Notes: a model not told the origin generated them from the letters alone. 64,000 nucleotides of DNA from a virus (IMGVR_UViG_3300026488_000020:1-64000), one strand, 5' to 3'. Counted from the stretch's first letter, positions 29,572 to 40,085 are shown. Translations and numbers: made by a program.

Positions 29572-31218
29572 ATGAGAGCACTAACACAACAAGACGTTGT
29601 GACACACCTATCATCAACAGTTGATGATAGCGTCACATCATGGGAACAGGTTCCGGGAACATCAGCAATGTTGAATTTAGATTTAGCAGTACAAAGATTT
29701 ATGCAAGCTGTAAATAACAATGAGCGAATAGTTTTTGTTCATGATAGTGATGCAGATGGGCTAGGAACATATATGTTATCTATGATTTTCTTTAAAGTGT
29801 TTGGATATGCGAACATTGAAGTTATAATTACTGACCGTAAAAATGGTTATGGTTTTGTACCAAAATATGTTAATGATAGAATTAATGACAATGTTGGATT
29901 ATACATAACAGCTGATAATGGTATCACAAGTTTAGAAGCATGTGCCAGAGCAAAAGAATTAGGAATTGATACAATCATAACTGATCACCATCAAGTAGAC
30001 TCATATAGAGGATTACCTGATGCAATCGTTGTTGATCCACATCAAGAAGCAGATTCATTTCCATATCCAAATATTAATGGGACGTTTGTATATTGGTACT
30101 TCCTTAATGCAATTCAAGAAGTATCAAATACTCCTATAAATATGTATACTGAATTTTTACCGGAATTAGCATTAACAACAATATCTGATGTTATGCCGTT
30201 AACTGGTATCAATAGATTTATAGTTAAACAAGGTTTACATGTTTTTCCAACGCATCATCGACAGTGGGTAAAAACTTTTTTTGAGATGCATGATCGTCCG
30301 AATGTTACAGCCGAAGATTTATCTTTTGGTTTGATACCATCAATAAATGTTACATCAAGATTAACGAATGCTGAGGAATCAGCAATGTTTTTAACTCGTG
30401 AAAATCATTGGGAATCAAAAGAATGGTTAACATATATAAAAACTTTAAATGATGTTAGAAAGAAAAAGCAAGAATCATTAATGAAAGATATTAATAATTT
30501 ATATGCATCATGGATTGATGCTCCGTTTATATTGGTGCCTGGAAAAGATTTTGAAAAAGGTATTTTAGGACCAACAGCTGGCCGAATTGCTCAGCATCAT
30601 AGAAAGCCTACGATAATAATGTCACTAAATAAAGCAGGTGATACATATTCAGGGTCAGGTAGAAGTACAGGAGCAATTGATTTATTAGGGTTAGTAAAAG
30701 ATAATCCATATGTTATCAAAGATAAAACTGGTGGGCACAAAGCTGCATGTGGAGTATCTGTACCAGAAGAAGATTTGATACCATTTTGGCAACAGCTTCA
30801 AAAAGATACAATGGCTTTACATCCAGATCTATATATTGATAAACAAGTTGAACCTCTAGGTAAAATAGAGCTTCGAGATATAGATTATGAATTATTTAAA
30901 AGTATTGATGCTTTTCAACCATTTGGTGAGAAATTTAAGAAGCCATTATTTTATGGTAGAGCGATTTTTAAAAAAGTTGCTAAAATGGGAAAAGATAAGA
31001 ATCATTATCAGATGATCATATCTGATGGTTTAGGTACAGAAATTCGTGCAGTGTGGTTCTTTTTTACAGGAGAATTAAAATCAAATAAAAAATATGGCTT
31101 CGCATTTACAATAAATAAAGAAACATTTAAACCAAAATCTGATGAAGATCTAAGTTTAATGATTGAAAAAATTTATACGGAGGTTGAGTGGTCAGACATT
31201 GAAGATAAGGTTGATTAA
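29572..31218 (+). CDS. recJ: RecJ-like ssDNA exonuclease (DHH family)
   Basis: HDSDADG, ITADNG, ITDHH, TISDVMPL...NR, SGSGRS, GGHKAACG, FQPFG. Confidence 0.92.
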   Translation: MRALTQQDVVTHLSSTVDDSVTSWEQVPGTSAMLNLDLAVQRFMQAVNNNERIVFVHDSDADGLGTYMLSMIFFKVFGYANIEVIITDRKNGYGFVPKYVNDRINDNVGLYITADNGITSLEACARAKELGIDTIITDHHQVDSYRGLPDAIVVDPHQEADSFPYPNINGTFVYWYFLNAIQEVSNTPINMYTEFLPELALTTISDVMPLTGINRFIVKQGLHVFPTHHRQWVKTFFEMHDRPNVTAEDLSFGLIPSINVTSRLTNAEESAMFLTRENHWESKEWLTYIKTLNDVRKKKQESLMKDINNLYASWIDAPFILVPGKDFEKGILGPTAGRIAQHHRKPTIIMSLNKAGDTYSGSGRSTGAIDLLGLVKDNPYVIKDKTGGHKAACGVSVPEEDLIPFWQQLQKDTMALHPDLYIDKQVEPLGKIELRDIDYELFKSIDAFQPFGEKFKKPLFYGRAIFKKVAKMGKDKNHYQMIISDGLGTEIRAVWFFFTGELKSNKKYGFAFTINKETFKPKSDEDLSLMIEKIYTEVEWSDIEDKVD

Positions 31219-31436
31219 TGAATTGGTTTGAAAAATGGTTTTTGAAACAAGTATTTAAAAAACAAGTAAGACAAGGTTTTTTTCATCATGCGAACATTAT
31301 TGAATTATATACAATGATTGGTAATGCAGCAAGAGATGAATTTCATGAAGATAATGAACAAACTTTAAAACACTTTTTAAAAGAGTGTTTTGATAGTTCG
31401 TTAAATAATATTAAGAAGGCAGCAAGCAGATGGTAA
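31218..31436 (+). CDS. Hypothetical protein
   Basis: Coupled start. Confidence 0.6.
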   Translation: MNWFEKWFLKQVFKKQVRQGFFHHANIIELYTMIGNAARDEFHEDNEQTLKHFLKECFDSSLNNIKKAASRW

Positions 31437-31831
31437 GATATGATAAAAAAGATTCAATGGGTAATAAGCCGAAAGTAAAAGAAGATTTTAAAAGAGAACA
31501 TGTTCAAATATCAAAAGATATTATGCAAAAGATCTCGAAGATTTATATTGATAGATTAAAAGCTTTAGAAGTCAATGATGTTAAAATTGTGTCAAATGTT
31601 CATAGAGATCAAATTATTTTTAATGAGGCAGTATCACTTACACAATTAAGCACAAAACTTGGTAAAAAACTTGTATCAAAAAATGAGTTTGCAAAAGAGT
31701 TTTATATGTATTCATTGGATTCAATGATTGATGAAGCATATGGTAAAAAAGTTACAGCAATACAAGAGTTTCCATATAGTTTTCAAGAGACTCAAAATGA
31801 CAATGTTATCACATTTGAGTTTATAGTTTAA
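31430..31831 (+). CDS. Hypothetical protein
   Basis: Tiled ORF. Confidence 0.65.
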   Translation: MVRYDKKDSMGNKPKVKEDFKREHVQISKDIMQKISKIYIDRLKALEVNDVKIVSNVHRDQIIFNEAVSLTQLSTKLGKKLVSKNEFAKEFYMYSLDSMIDEAYGKKVTAIQEFPYSFQETQNDNVITFEFIV

Positions 31832-31867
31832 CGATCTTTAAAGATCGTTTTCATTAGTATAGAAATA
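31830..31867 (+). promoter_or_regulatory. 20-bp palindrome variant followed by the promoter-like motif
   Basis: aacgatctttaaagatcgtt at 31830-31849; attagtatagaaat at about 31854. Confidence 0.6.
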
Positions 31868-31896
31868 ATACATATTACACAAACAAGGAATTAAAA

Positions 31897-32940
31897 ATGG
31901 AAAGAGTAGAAGCACCAACAACAGTACAAGCAGTAGAGACACATGTATCACAATCACCGGCAGTAGCACCTGTTCAACAGGCAGCGGCAGTAGCACCTGT
32001 TCAACAGGCAGCAGCAATTGGTATTGACATTGGAGCAGCATTAGCTGATACACCTGCACCTGCACCAACACCTGAACAAGTTCAACAAGTTGCGCCCATT
32101 GAAGTTTCACCAATGGATATTGCAGTTGAGCCTGTAAAAGAAGCAGAGATTGCACAAGCGAAAGCTGAATCTCAAGCAGCGAAAGCAAATGAAGAAATTG
32201 AAGGTACAGAAATTGCAAGCATTCGTTCAGATTATTGGGGCGGTTTCACAGCAGCAATTGAAACCGTATCTGCAAACTTAGGTTCCGAAGATGTTGTTAG
32301 TATTAAAAAAGGTAAGCTGGTAGCATCAAAAGATGGTGGAATCATTGATTGTAATCTTACAAATCTTTTTGGAGATCAAGATTGGGACATTCAAGATCCA
32401 AACTTAAATCTTAAACTTCTAAAACTTATTAGAGGTGGAGACACAATTACAATCATGAAAGATGGAAATAAAAATCTTATTTATTCATCAAGTGCTGGAA
32501 AAATTCATTCATCAATTGCGATTACAACTCCTGATACTACTAACTTCAAACAGACAGAATTGGTTGATCTTGGAACAATTAAAACTAAATTTGAAATTGA
32601 TAAAGATGCTGTAAAAAATCTTATCACTGCTCGTAACATCTATAGTGCGCTTTATTATAATGTTACAATCGATACTAATACTTTTGAAATTCTTTCAATT
32701 GATGTTGATGATAAATTTAAAGAAGTATTTCACAGCGCGACTGGTCGTGAAACTATGAGATATAAAGTTCGTGAATTATTTCCAACAGCTAAGCCTGATT
32801 CTATTATTTTAGAAATTTATGATAATGCTGGTTCAGTGTTTATTCGCTCAGTAAATGATTATGCAATCACTACTATCTATTTTCAAATCGAAGCAATCAC
32901 TAATGAGGTTCGCGCAGATTTAGATTTCGATGATATGTAA
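31897..32940 (+). CDS. Hypothetical protein, candidate sliding clamp with a disordered N-terminal extension
   Basis: About 100-aa Ala/Pro/Gln N-terminus plus about 245-aa beta-rich domain; two genes upstream of the clamp loader (context inference only). Confidence 0.4.
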   Translation: MERVEAPTTVQAVETHVSQSPAVAPVQQAAAVAPVQQAAAIGIDIGAALADTPAPAPTPEQVQQVAPIEVSPMDIAVEPVKEAEIAQAKAESQAAKANEEIEGTEIASIRSDYWGGFTAAIETVSANLGSEDVVSIKKGKLVASKDGGIIDCNLTNLFGDQDWDIQDPNLNLKLLKLIRGGDTITIMKDGNKNLIYSSSAGKIHSSIAITTPDTTNFKQTELVDLGTIKTKFEIDKDAVKNLITARNIYSALYYNVTIDTNTFEILSIDVDDKFKEVFHSATGRETMRYKVRELFPTAKPDSIILEIYDNAGSVFIRSVNDYAITTIYFQIEAITNEVRADLDFDDM

Positions 32941-33296
32941 TGAGAACATTTTCTCCTGCAATGGACCATATTTATAAAAAGGTCCAATATCATATTGATA
33001 ACTTAGACTCAAAAGGTAATGGTGAAATCACAGCTCTATTTATAGAAGCTGCTGATTCAATGAATAGAACTTTTCAAAAATATTTTGAAGAGATGAATGC
33101 TATTGTAGATTCGGATATCAGTAGAAGAATTAAAATTAATATTTTACAAAGTATTCATTTAACTTTTGATGATTTATTTGATGATTTCGATGCAATTTCG
33201 GACATTTTAGGAAGTGTTGTTTATCATAAAGAATTTAGTTCTTTTATTAGCAATGTTTTAGATACAAAATATAAGAGATGCTTAGCTAAACTTTAG
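32940..33296 (+). CDS. Hypothetical protein
   Basis: Coupled start. Confidence 0.6.
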   Translation: MRTFSPAMDHIYKKVQYHIDNLDSKGNGEITALFIEAADSMNRTFQKYFEEMNAIVDSDISRRIKINILQSIHLTFDDLFDDFDAISDILGSVVYHKEFSSFISNVLDTKYKRCLAKL

Positions 33297-33304
33297 GAGA
33301 ATCA

Positions 33305-34336
33305 ATGGAAGATTTAATGCAGAAGCCATGGTTTGAAAAACATCGTCCTCGAGATATAGATGAAGTTGTTTTTGAATCAGCTGAAGATGAGAGAAAGATT
33401 AAAAGTTTTATTGAACAAGGATACATACAGGGAAATATTATCTCGTATGGTCCAGGTGGTGTCGGAAAAACAACAATTAATAAAATTTTATTACATAGTA
33501 TTGTAAAAACAAAAGATGATTATTTTGTTCTAAAAAAATCAGTTGCAAGTATTGAAGAATTGAAAGGTTGGTTAATAAACTCATCAATTGCTTCTAAGCA
33601 ACGTATTGTTATATGCGAAGAGTTTGATCAACTTAGTCCTCAAGCGCAAACTGCTTTGAAAGATGGACTAATGGAAAAATATATGCCTAAAGTCGCATTT
33701 ATTGTTACGACAAATAATATACATTCATTAGATCCAGCATTGTTGCAAAGATTTAATGAAAAACTTAATTTTACAACATTTAATGTTGATGGATGTTATT
33801 TTAGAATGAAACATATTTTAGATTTAGAGAATGTAAAATATGTTGAAGATGAGTTATATCAAGTTGTTGATTCTTTTAAAAATAAAGGAATTCGTGAACT
33901 TATTAATAATTTACAATCTGCGTCGGTAAATGGTGAATTTTCGTTAGCAAATTTAAATGCTAATATTATCAGTACATCTGGTATTGAGGATATTATATTA
34001 TCATATATTAAATATTATTTTCAAGTTATACTTGCTGAGACAGATATGGAGAAAGTATTTACAATATGTAATACACCAACACAATCAGTAGTAAATGATT
34101 ACTATTCACCAATGTTAAAATTTATGGAAACTGATCCATCTATAAATTATGATTATATCTACCGTACACTATTAAATGATCATGATGTAACATTACCGTT
34201 AAAGAATGTTATTACAAAATACTATCAACAAGCAAAATTGGTGCCTTTGAATAATATTCACTTACAATCATGCTTATTTGAATGTTTTGTAAGTTTGTAT
34301 ACTTTAAAAGGTGGAGAGAAAAAATTAATTCACTAA
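33305..34336 (+). CDS. Clamp loader (RFC small / T4 gp44-like AAA+ ATPase)
   Basis: KPWFEKHRP, GPGGVGKTT, ICEEFDQLS, AQTALK, TTNN, LLQRF. Confidence 0.88.
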   Translation: MEDLMQKPWFEKHRPRDIDEVVFESAEDERKIKSFIEQGYIQGNIISYGPGGVGKTTINKILLHSIVKTKDDYFVLKKSVASIEELKGWLINSSIASKQRIVICEEFDQLSPQAQTALKDGLMEKYMPKVAFIVTTNNIHSLDPALLQRFNEKLNFTTFNVDGCYFRMKHILDLENVKYVEDELYQVVDSFKNKGIRELINNLQSASVNGEFSLANLNANIISTSGIEDIILSYIKYYFQVILAETDMEKVFTICNTPTQSVVNDYYSPMLKFMETDPSINYDYIYRTLLNDHDVTLPLKNVITKYYQQAKLVPLNNIHLQSCLFECFVSLYTLKGGEKKLIH

Positions 34337-34373
34337 CATGAATCATTAAACGTTGAAAAACAAGGAATTTATT

Positions 34374-35030
34374 ATGAAGTTATTCATTCTAATCACATTT
34401 ATTACAATAACATTATATGCTAAAACTCTGAACACCATCCAAAAGGATAATTTAGAATTTGCGTATAATGTTGGAAAAACATTTACAATTGGTGGAGTGC
34501 ATCTAGGACATTCTGTTTCAGCATTAATGCTTAATGAAACGGAAGCTAGAAGATCGGTAGTTGGTGACAGATATCGATTAAAACATTACATTAAAGTTAA
34601 TGGTGCACTTATTAAAATTAAGTTTACTATAAAAAAATCAAAAAATTATGAGGGCAAGATTTTCAAAGTTATAACTAAAAGAACTTTAAATCCTTATAAT
34701 AAAAGATCATTTGGATATTATCAATTTAAAGTTGCTACAGCAAAACCTTTAATTCGAAAATATAAAAGATTATCAAATTATAAACATTTATTATTAGATG
34801 ATTCATTATTAATTAATGCATTGTTAAATGATTTAACATTTTCAGCAACACTTGCTGGTGTTTATTTAGTTGATCGTTATAATTCCGCAAAGAGATTAAA
34901 CTTATCAAATCCGCGAAATCGTGCAATATCCGCATATAATGGTGGTTGGGATAATACTGAATATTTAAGTAAATTCCGAAAACATATAAAAATTGTTTTG
35001 ACCTTAGGTCGAACATTACACTGGTCTTAG
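34374..35030 (+). CDS. Signal-peptide-bearing lysozyme-like / lytic transglycosylase protein
   Basis: Catalytic-like LNET, SFGYYQF, AISAYNGG motifs. Confidence 0.65.
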   Translation: MKLFILITFITITLYAKTLNTIQKDNLEFAYNVGKTFTIGGVHLGHSVSALMLNETEARRSVVGDRYRLKHYIKVNGALIKIKFTIKKSKNYEGKIFKVITKRTLNPYNKRSFGYYQFKVATAKPLIRKYKRLSNYKHLLLDDSLLINALLNDLTFSATLAGVYLVDRYNSAKRLNLSNPRNRAISAYNGGWDNTEYLSKFRKHIKIVLTLGRTLHWS

Positions 35031-35085
35031 GCCAGTATTCTTGTCGCAAAATCTCTAGGGATTAATGCATATATTTCTATATTAA

Positions 35086-35129
35086 CTTTGGGAAATACAA
35101 ACAGTTACCATAGAAATAACTATAATAGA
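35086..35129 (+). promoter_or_regulatory. 44-bp promoter-like element (copy of 9905-9948)
   Basis: Near-identical repeat containing TATAAT. Confidence 0.65.
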
Positions 35130-35238
35130 AGAAGACTTTTACATATGATAGGTCTCATACTCTCAGCTATACGTTGGTCATCGATGACAACTGTAGCTGA
35201 GTGGTGTGAGTCGCTTGACTATGTAGTAAGTCTTTCTT
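35129..35238 (+). ncRNA. Candidate rod-shaped small RNA or structured leader (about 110 nt)
   Basis: Nested pairings aagact/agtctt, tacat/atgta, ctcatac/gtgtgag, ctcagcta/tagctgag, gtcat/atgac; GC-richer than its flanks. Confidence 0.5.
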
Positions 35239-35266
35239 ATTTTATTCAAAAAATTAAAGGGGTACC

Positions 35267-35485
35267 ATGTTTAAAAAAATTAAAGTTTTAAAAGATGCTA
35301 TAATGGCTAATGATATGGAAACAGCAAAAGAAACGATAAAAGATAGTTTATCAACAATACACACAGATACATTGCAAACTGTAAGAGAGAGTACATTTGA
35401 AGCATTAGTATGGGGAGAACAAACGATAAAAAAAGCTAAAAGTAATTTAGCAAAAACAATCGCAGAATCAATAGGAGATAAATAA
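35267..35485 (+). CDS. Hypothetical protein
   Basis: AAGGGG RBS. Confidence 0.65.
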   Translation: MFKKIKVLKDAIMANDMETAKETIKDSLSTIHTDTLQTVRESTFEALVWGEQTIKKAKSNLAKTIAESIGDK

Positions 35486-35877
35486 TGATAGCATTACAAG
35501 ATTTAGCAAAGCCACCTAAAGATTATAATACAATGGTGGCGCGCAAAACTGGAGTTACCCCAAATAAGGTTGAAGGTGTTGTAGTCAATAAAAAATCTGG
35601 AAAAGGATACAATGTAGTTATTCTTATGGATACTGAAGAGATGCAACCAAATTCACAATTAAAAGTATATTGTAATTGTGACGATTTTAAGTTCAGATGG
35701 GCTTATGTTTTACATCAACAATCAGCTTTATTGTATCCAGCAAAGTTTAGATTAGAGCCACCAAAAAGTACAAATCCTGATCAAATTATGAATGCGTGTA
35801 AACATATTCATACCTTTATTAAATCAGAATCAGATAAAGGTTTAAAAGCATTTTCTAAAAGAAAAGGTAGTTTATAA
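35485..35877 (+). CDS. SWIM-type zinc-finger protein
   Basis: YCNCDDFKFR...ACKHI. Confidence 0.7.
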   Translation: MIALQDLAKPPKDYNTMVARKTGVTPNKVEGVVVNKKSGKGYNVVILMDTEEMQPNSQLKVYCNCDDFKFRWAYVLHQQSALLYPAKFRLEPPKSTNPDQIMNACKHIHTFIKSESDKGLKAFSKRKGSL

Positions 35878-38800
35878 TGGCTATTGAATTATCATTTTCT
35901 CTTTTTGAGAATGCATATAAATTAAGAGGCGTTACCAATCCTAGCCCTCTTAAAGCTGGTAAATTCAAATTTACAGAAGATGGTTTATATAGTGAATCAA
36001 TATTTGGTCCACTAAAATCATATTCTTGTAATTGTGGAAACTTATTTTCACGTGAGAATACTGGAATCAGATGTCCAACGTGTGATGTATTATGTGATAC
36101 AAATACTTTACGAAGTTCAACTTTTGGTAGAATAGATTTACCAAAAAATATTTTTATTGTGTTGCCAATTTTTCAAACATTCTTAGCAAATGTTTTTGGA
36201 CAAACAGCAATTAAGAGTTTATTAGATTATAGAAAATATGAAACCAATAAGCAGAAGCCTTATTTTTATTCGATCCAACAGCAGAAACTGATTAAAGGAA
36301 GTGCCTTTAAAAAGACAGAAGAGCGGATAATGAAGGAAGTGTATGATATAACAACACTGCATAAATTGTATAGAGCAATGTTAAAATCAAAAGTATTTCG
36401 TGAAAATATAATTGATCATTTATCTGATGCTAGAATTGCAGATTTTGTATTCGTAAATTTTATTTTAGTTATTCCACCAGATTCTAGACCATTGGTTCAA
36501 TTGAATAAACAATATCAAGCGCATCCAATAACAGCAGCATATACTGAGATTCTTAAGAATATTAAAAATTCTTTTCTTGATAAAGCATTTGTAACTAAAT
36601 CCGAAGGGTTTGGACAAACAGTTTATAAATATCAAAAATCAGTTAATAAACTATATGAAGAAGTTACAGATAAAAACTTTCAACGTAAAGAGAGTATTGT
36701 TCGAGAATCATTAGCTGGTAAAACTGTTGAGACATCTCAACGTGCAGTTATTGTACCTGAGCCAGTACTTGCTCCAGGTTCAGTTGCATTGCATGAAGAG
36801 ACTGTAAAAAAGATTTTTCAGCCTGAGTTATTACATTTTGTGAATAAACAATATGAAGCACAAGAAGGTGATTATTCAATTACTAATTTTGTAGAAACTG
36901 TTCATAATCAAACATCATCAAATGGTGATATTATTATCGATGATCAAATGTTTATTGATTTCTTAGATGCGAAAGCTTCTGATTTACGAATGATAATGGA
37001 GCGACCCCCAGTTTTATATAGATATAATATGGGTAATGTTTTACTCGGTTCAGTTTATATGGATAATAAACATGTGGGATTTAAACAAGATAGAGTTATT
37101 GGAGTAAATTCCATGAATGCTCCAATGTTTAACTTTGATTTTGATGGAGATTCAGTATCAATATATGCTTTAACCTCAAAACAATCTAAAGAAGCATTTA
37201 AATATGGATACACTGAAAATTCAATCGAGTTTGAACATAATAGAAACCTGATTCCTAGTTTGGAACATGAATCAATTTATGCCGCATACATGTTATCATT
37301 AGGTGCAAGTAAAAAAACTATTCGTAAATACGACATTGATGAATACGATGATTTCGATTCAATGAATGTTACTATTGATAGCATTAATAGAACACCTGGT
37401 AGACCAGTAGTGATTGCTGGTAAACAATATCCATATATTGTTGCGGTATTAAATAAAGCTTTAAATTGCAACAAAGAAATTTATGATGGGTCATATGTTT
37501 TAAATAAAAAGAATATAAATAAATTATTAAAGTTGTTAAGAGCTGAAGTTGGAGATGTTGAATTCTTTACTTATATGCATAACTTTGATAAATTTTTATT
37601 AGAGTGTTCTACTATTATTCAAGATTGTAATCCAACATTTGATTTACACGACTTTGCAATTGGTAATACTGAGATTGATGAATATAAAACAACATTGATT
37701 AATGAACCATATATAGCATTTCATCAGAATGATATATTATTCCAAGAGTTGGTTACACCAGCTGTAAAAGAATCAGATACAAATATTCTATCGAGAGTTT
37801 TTGAATCTGGCGCAAGAATAAAATCAGTACAACTTTTAAAAGCTGTATCAAATAATGGTGTACCGACAAATATTTATGGTAAAGCATTCCAAGAGAATAT
37901 TAAAAATTCTTTATTAGATGGCTTGACAAAAAAAGAATTTTTCATGGGTGGAGATTCGGCACGACTTGCTCTAGCACAAAGACAGGAAGCGATTCCTAAA
38001 GGTGGAGAACTTCAGAGAAAATTTTATTACAGTACTGGTTTTTTAAAATTATCAGATGATGATGATTGCGGGAGCACTAGAGGTTTTGAATTTAAGATTG
38101 TTGATAAAACACATCTTGAATCATTATTTTCCAGACATTATATGGATGGTTCAGAAATTGATACAACAGATATGAGTCTTATTGGTTCATATGTAACTTT
38201 ACGCTCACCTATATATTGTGAATCAAAAGGTTATAAAATTTGTAAAAAATGTTTTGGTAAAAAACAACCTCAGTCGAAAGCATTAGGTGCATCTATTGGT
38301 GCATATATCTCTGAGTCGATAATCCAATCTGTTTTAAGAACGCATCACTTTAGTGGAGCGTTTATTACTCAGATTAATTCAGTGATGGTAAAATTGATTA
38401 AGAAATTAAGATTTAAGTCACCAGATTTAGTATATTATGATGATGAGCAAGATATTCATGACTTACAAGAGTTATTAAATTCTGCAAAATATTATGATTC
38501 TGCAAATATGGTTGAGTTAGTTAAACAAGATGATGATACAGATAATGTTCATTATAAAGTTCAAATTAATGAGTTACCATTTAACGATGATTCAGTTAAA
38601 CAGTTAAATAATATTGTTGGTTATATTGATAGAAATCGTTCTGTTGATAATCTGATTAGTATTCCAGATATGTATAATTTTCTATTAGATAATGTTGTAT
38701 TACCAAATGGTATGTTATCAATATTTATCGAACTAGTTATTAGTATCTTATATTATGATGAACATGATGTTATGATTCGATATTCTAATTTAGAACCTGA

Positions 38801-38957
38801 CCATCAAGTAGCATTGAAAAATGTTATTGATAAGTTAGATCCAAAATTAGCAATATTTCACAATTTTAGTAATAAGGCTATTAATAGAATTTATACTACT
38901 AAAATAGATGGTAATTTAGATCATATGTATTTTGATCTGATAAATTGCTATCATTAA
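35877..38957 (+). CDS. Phage multisubunit RNAP-2 beta-prime subunit (largely unsplit, intact catalytic motif)
   Basis: DGLYSESIFGP, CNCG...CPTC Zn ribbon, VIPPDSRP, ERPPVL, FNFDFDGD, SGAR, DGLTKKEFF, DDCGS, CKKCFG, SVLRTHH. Confidence 0.93.
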   Translation: MAIELSFSLFENAYKLRGVTNPSPLKAGKFKFTEDGLYSESIFGPLKSYSCNCGNLFSRENTGIRCPTCDVLCDTNTLRSSTFGRIDLPKNIFIVLPIFQTFLANVFGQTAIKSLLDYRKYETNKQKPYFYSIQQQKLIKGSAFKKTEERIMKEVYDITTLHKLYRAMLKSKVFRENIIDHLSDARIADFVFVNFILVIPPDSRPLVQLNKQYQAHPITAAYTEILKNIKNSFLDKAFVTKSEGFGQTVYKYQKSVNKLYEEVTDKNFQRKESIVRESLAGKTVETSQRAVIVPEPVLAPGSVALHEETVKKIFQPELLHFVNKQYEAQEGDYSITNFVETVHNQTSSNGDIIIDDQMFIDFLDAKASDLRMIMERPPVLYRYNMGNVLLGSVYMDNKHVGFKQDRVIGVNSMNAPMFNFDFDGDSVSIYALTSKQSKEAFKYGYTENSIEFEHNRNLIPSLEHESIYAAYMLSLGASKKTIRKYDIDEYDDFDSMNVTIDSINRTPGRPVVIAGKQYPYIVAVLNKALNCNKEIYDGSYVLNKKNINKLLKLLRAEVGDVEFFTYMHNFDKFLLECSTIIQDCNPTFDLHDFAIGNTEIDEYKTTLINEPYIAFHQNDILFQELVTPAVKESDTNILSRVFESGARIKSVQLLKAVSNNGVPTNIYGKAFQENIKNSLLDGLTKKEFFMGGDSARLALAQRQEAIPKGGELQRKFYYSTGFLKLSDDDDCGSTRGFEFKIVDKTHLESLFSRHYMDGSEIDTTDMSLIGSYVTLRSPIYCESKGYKICKKCFGKKQPQSKALGASIGAYISESIIQSVLRTHHFSGAFITQINSVMVKLIKKLRFKSPDLVYYDDEQDIHDLQELLNSAKYYDSANMVELVKQDDDTDNVHYKVQINELPFNDDSVKQLNNIVGYIDRNRSVDNLISIPDMYNFLLDNVVLPNGMLSIFIELVISILYYDEHDVMIRYSNLEPDHQVALKNVIDKLDPKLAIFHNFSNKAINRIYTTKIDGNLDHMYFDLINCYH

Positions 38958-38973
38958 TCTTAAAAGGGATTAC

Positions 38974-39276
38974 ATGAAAGTTACAAAAGAATTAGTTTGG
39001 GATGATGAAACCAGAAATGGTGATTGTTATATGATTTCATATTATGATGATCTTGAAATCCAAGTTAACTATTTTGGTAAAGATTGTTATGGACTCATAA
39101 TGGAATATTGTGGTGATCTAATTTTTGAAAACGATATTAGTACTAATATCAACGTTGAAAGAGAAATTCTAAAAATGTTAAAAAAATATAAGATTGCGCA
39201 TGGAGCATTAGAGTTCCCAACAGAAGTTGAATTTGAAAAAATTTATATAGAATCTAAAAAAAATAAGGAAAAATAA
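38974..39276 (+). CDS. Hypothetical protein
   Basis: AAGGGA RBS. Confidence 0.65.
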   Translation: MKVTKELVWDDETRNGDCYMISYYDDLEIQVNYFGKDCYGLIMEYCGDLIFENDISTNINVEREILKMLKKYKIAHGALEFPTEVEFEKIYIESKKNKEK

Positions 39277-39500
39277 TGTTAAAGTCATTCACAAAAAAAG
39301 ATCTAAAAAAAGTGTTAAAAAATAAACTCGTTCAAGCAGGTGTACTTATTGTTGGTGCAGGATTTATTCTTGCAAACTTTTGGTCAATTGTTGGTTACGG
39401 TTTATTGGGTGCAGTTGTAGTTGTAGGTGGATTATTTGCATATGGTATGTATGAAGGTTATAAAGAAAATGCAGAAAATGCAGACGCTAAAAAGGATTAG
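39276..39500 (+). CDS. Small membrane protein
   Basis: Two TM segments. Confidence 0.65.
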   Translation: MLKSFTKKDLKKVLKNKLVQAGVLIVGAGFILANFWSIVGYGLLGAVVVVGGLFAYGMYEGYKENAENADAKKD

Positions 39501-39548
39501 ACTTAATTGTCTAATCCATTCTTGTGGCAAAATTCAACAAGGAATAAT

Positions 39549-40085
39549 ATGAATAAATTTAAAAGGTTAAAAGTATTTATTATAGATACTGTAAAGCAGA
39601 TATTGCAATTAGTAACATCAATTGCTTTTTTTTGGATGGTAATATCATACCCAATTTATATTGCAGGATTTGTTGTATTTATAGTTATATATATAGCATT
39701 CTCAGCTTGGAGAGTACATAACTTTATTTCGGAAACAGAAACAATAGGTGACCTTAGTAAATTATCAAATATTCAAATATCAAAAGAAGCATTCAGTTGG
39801 AATATTCTTTCACGTTTGATTTTATTAAAGGTTCTAAATGATTTTGAAAAAAAGGAGGCATCAAAAGATAATGATTTTGAAGATGCTAAAAATAGTGTAA
39901 GCTGTTGGGATGTATTAGATTTACATTTTGATGCAACATTAATTGATGTAAAAAAAGCATATAAACGATTAGCTAAAATTTACCATCCAGATACAACTGC
40001 ATTAGATATAGTTGATGCAAAAAGAAAATTCGACGAACTTACAAGATGTAAGAATATCTTAATATCAATTACTAAAGGAAAATAG
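39549..40085 (+). CDS. Membrane-anchored J-domain (DnaJ-like) protein
   Basis: VKKAYKRLAKIYHPD; N-terminal TM segments. Confidence 0.8.
   Translation: MNKFKRLKVFIIDTVKQILQLVTSIAFFWMVISYPIYIAGFVVFIVIYIAFSAWRVHNFISETETIGDLSKLSNIQISKEAFSWNILSRLILLKVLNDFEKKEASKDNDFEDAKNSVSCWDVLDLHFDATLIDVKKAYKRLAKIYHPDTTALDIVDAKRKFDELTRCKNILISITKGK

Noticed and set aside
35088-35291. 67-aa TTG-start ORF
   Set aside because: Starts inside the repeated promoter element, has no RBS and overlaps a strongly structured segment; more likely non-coding
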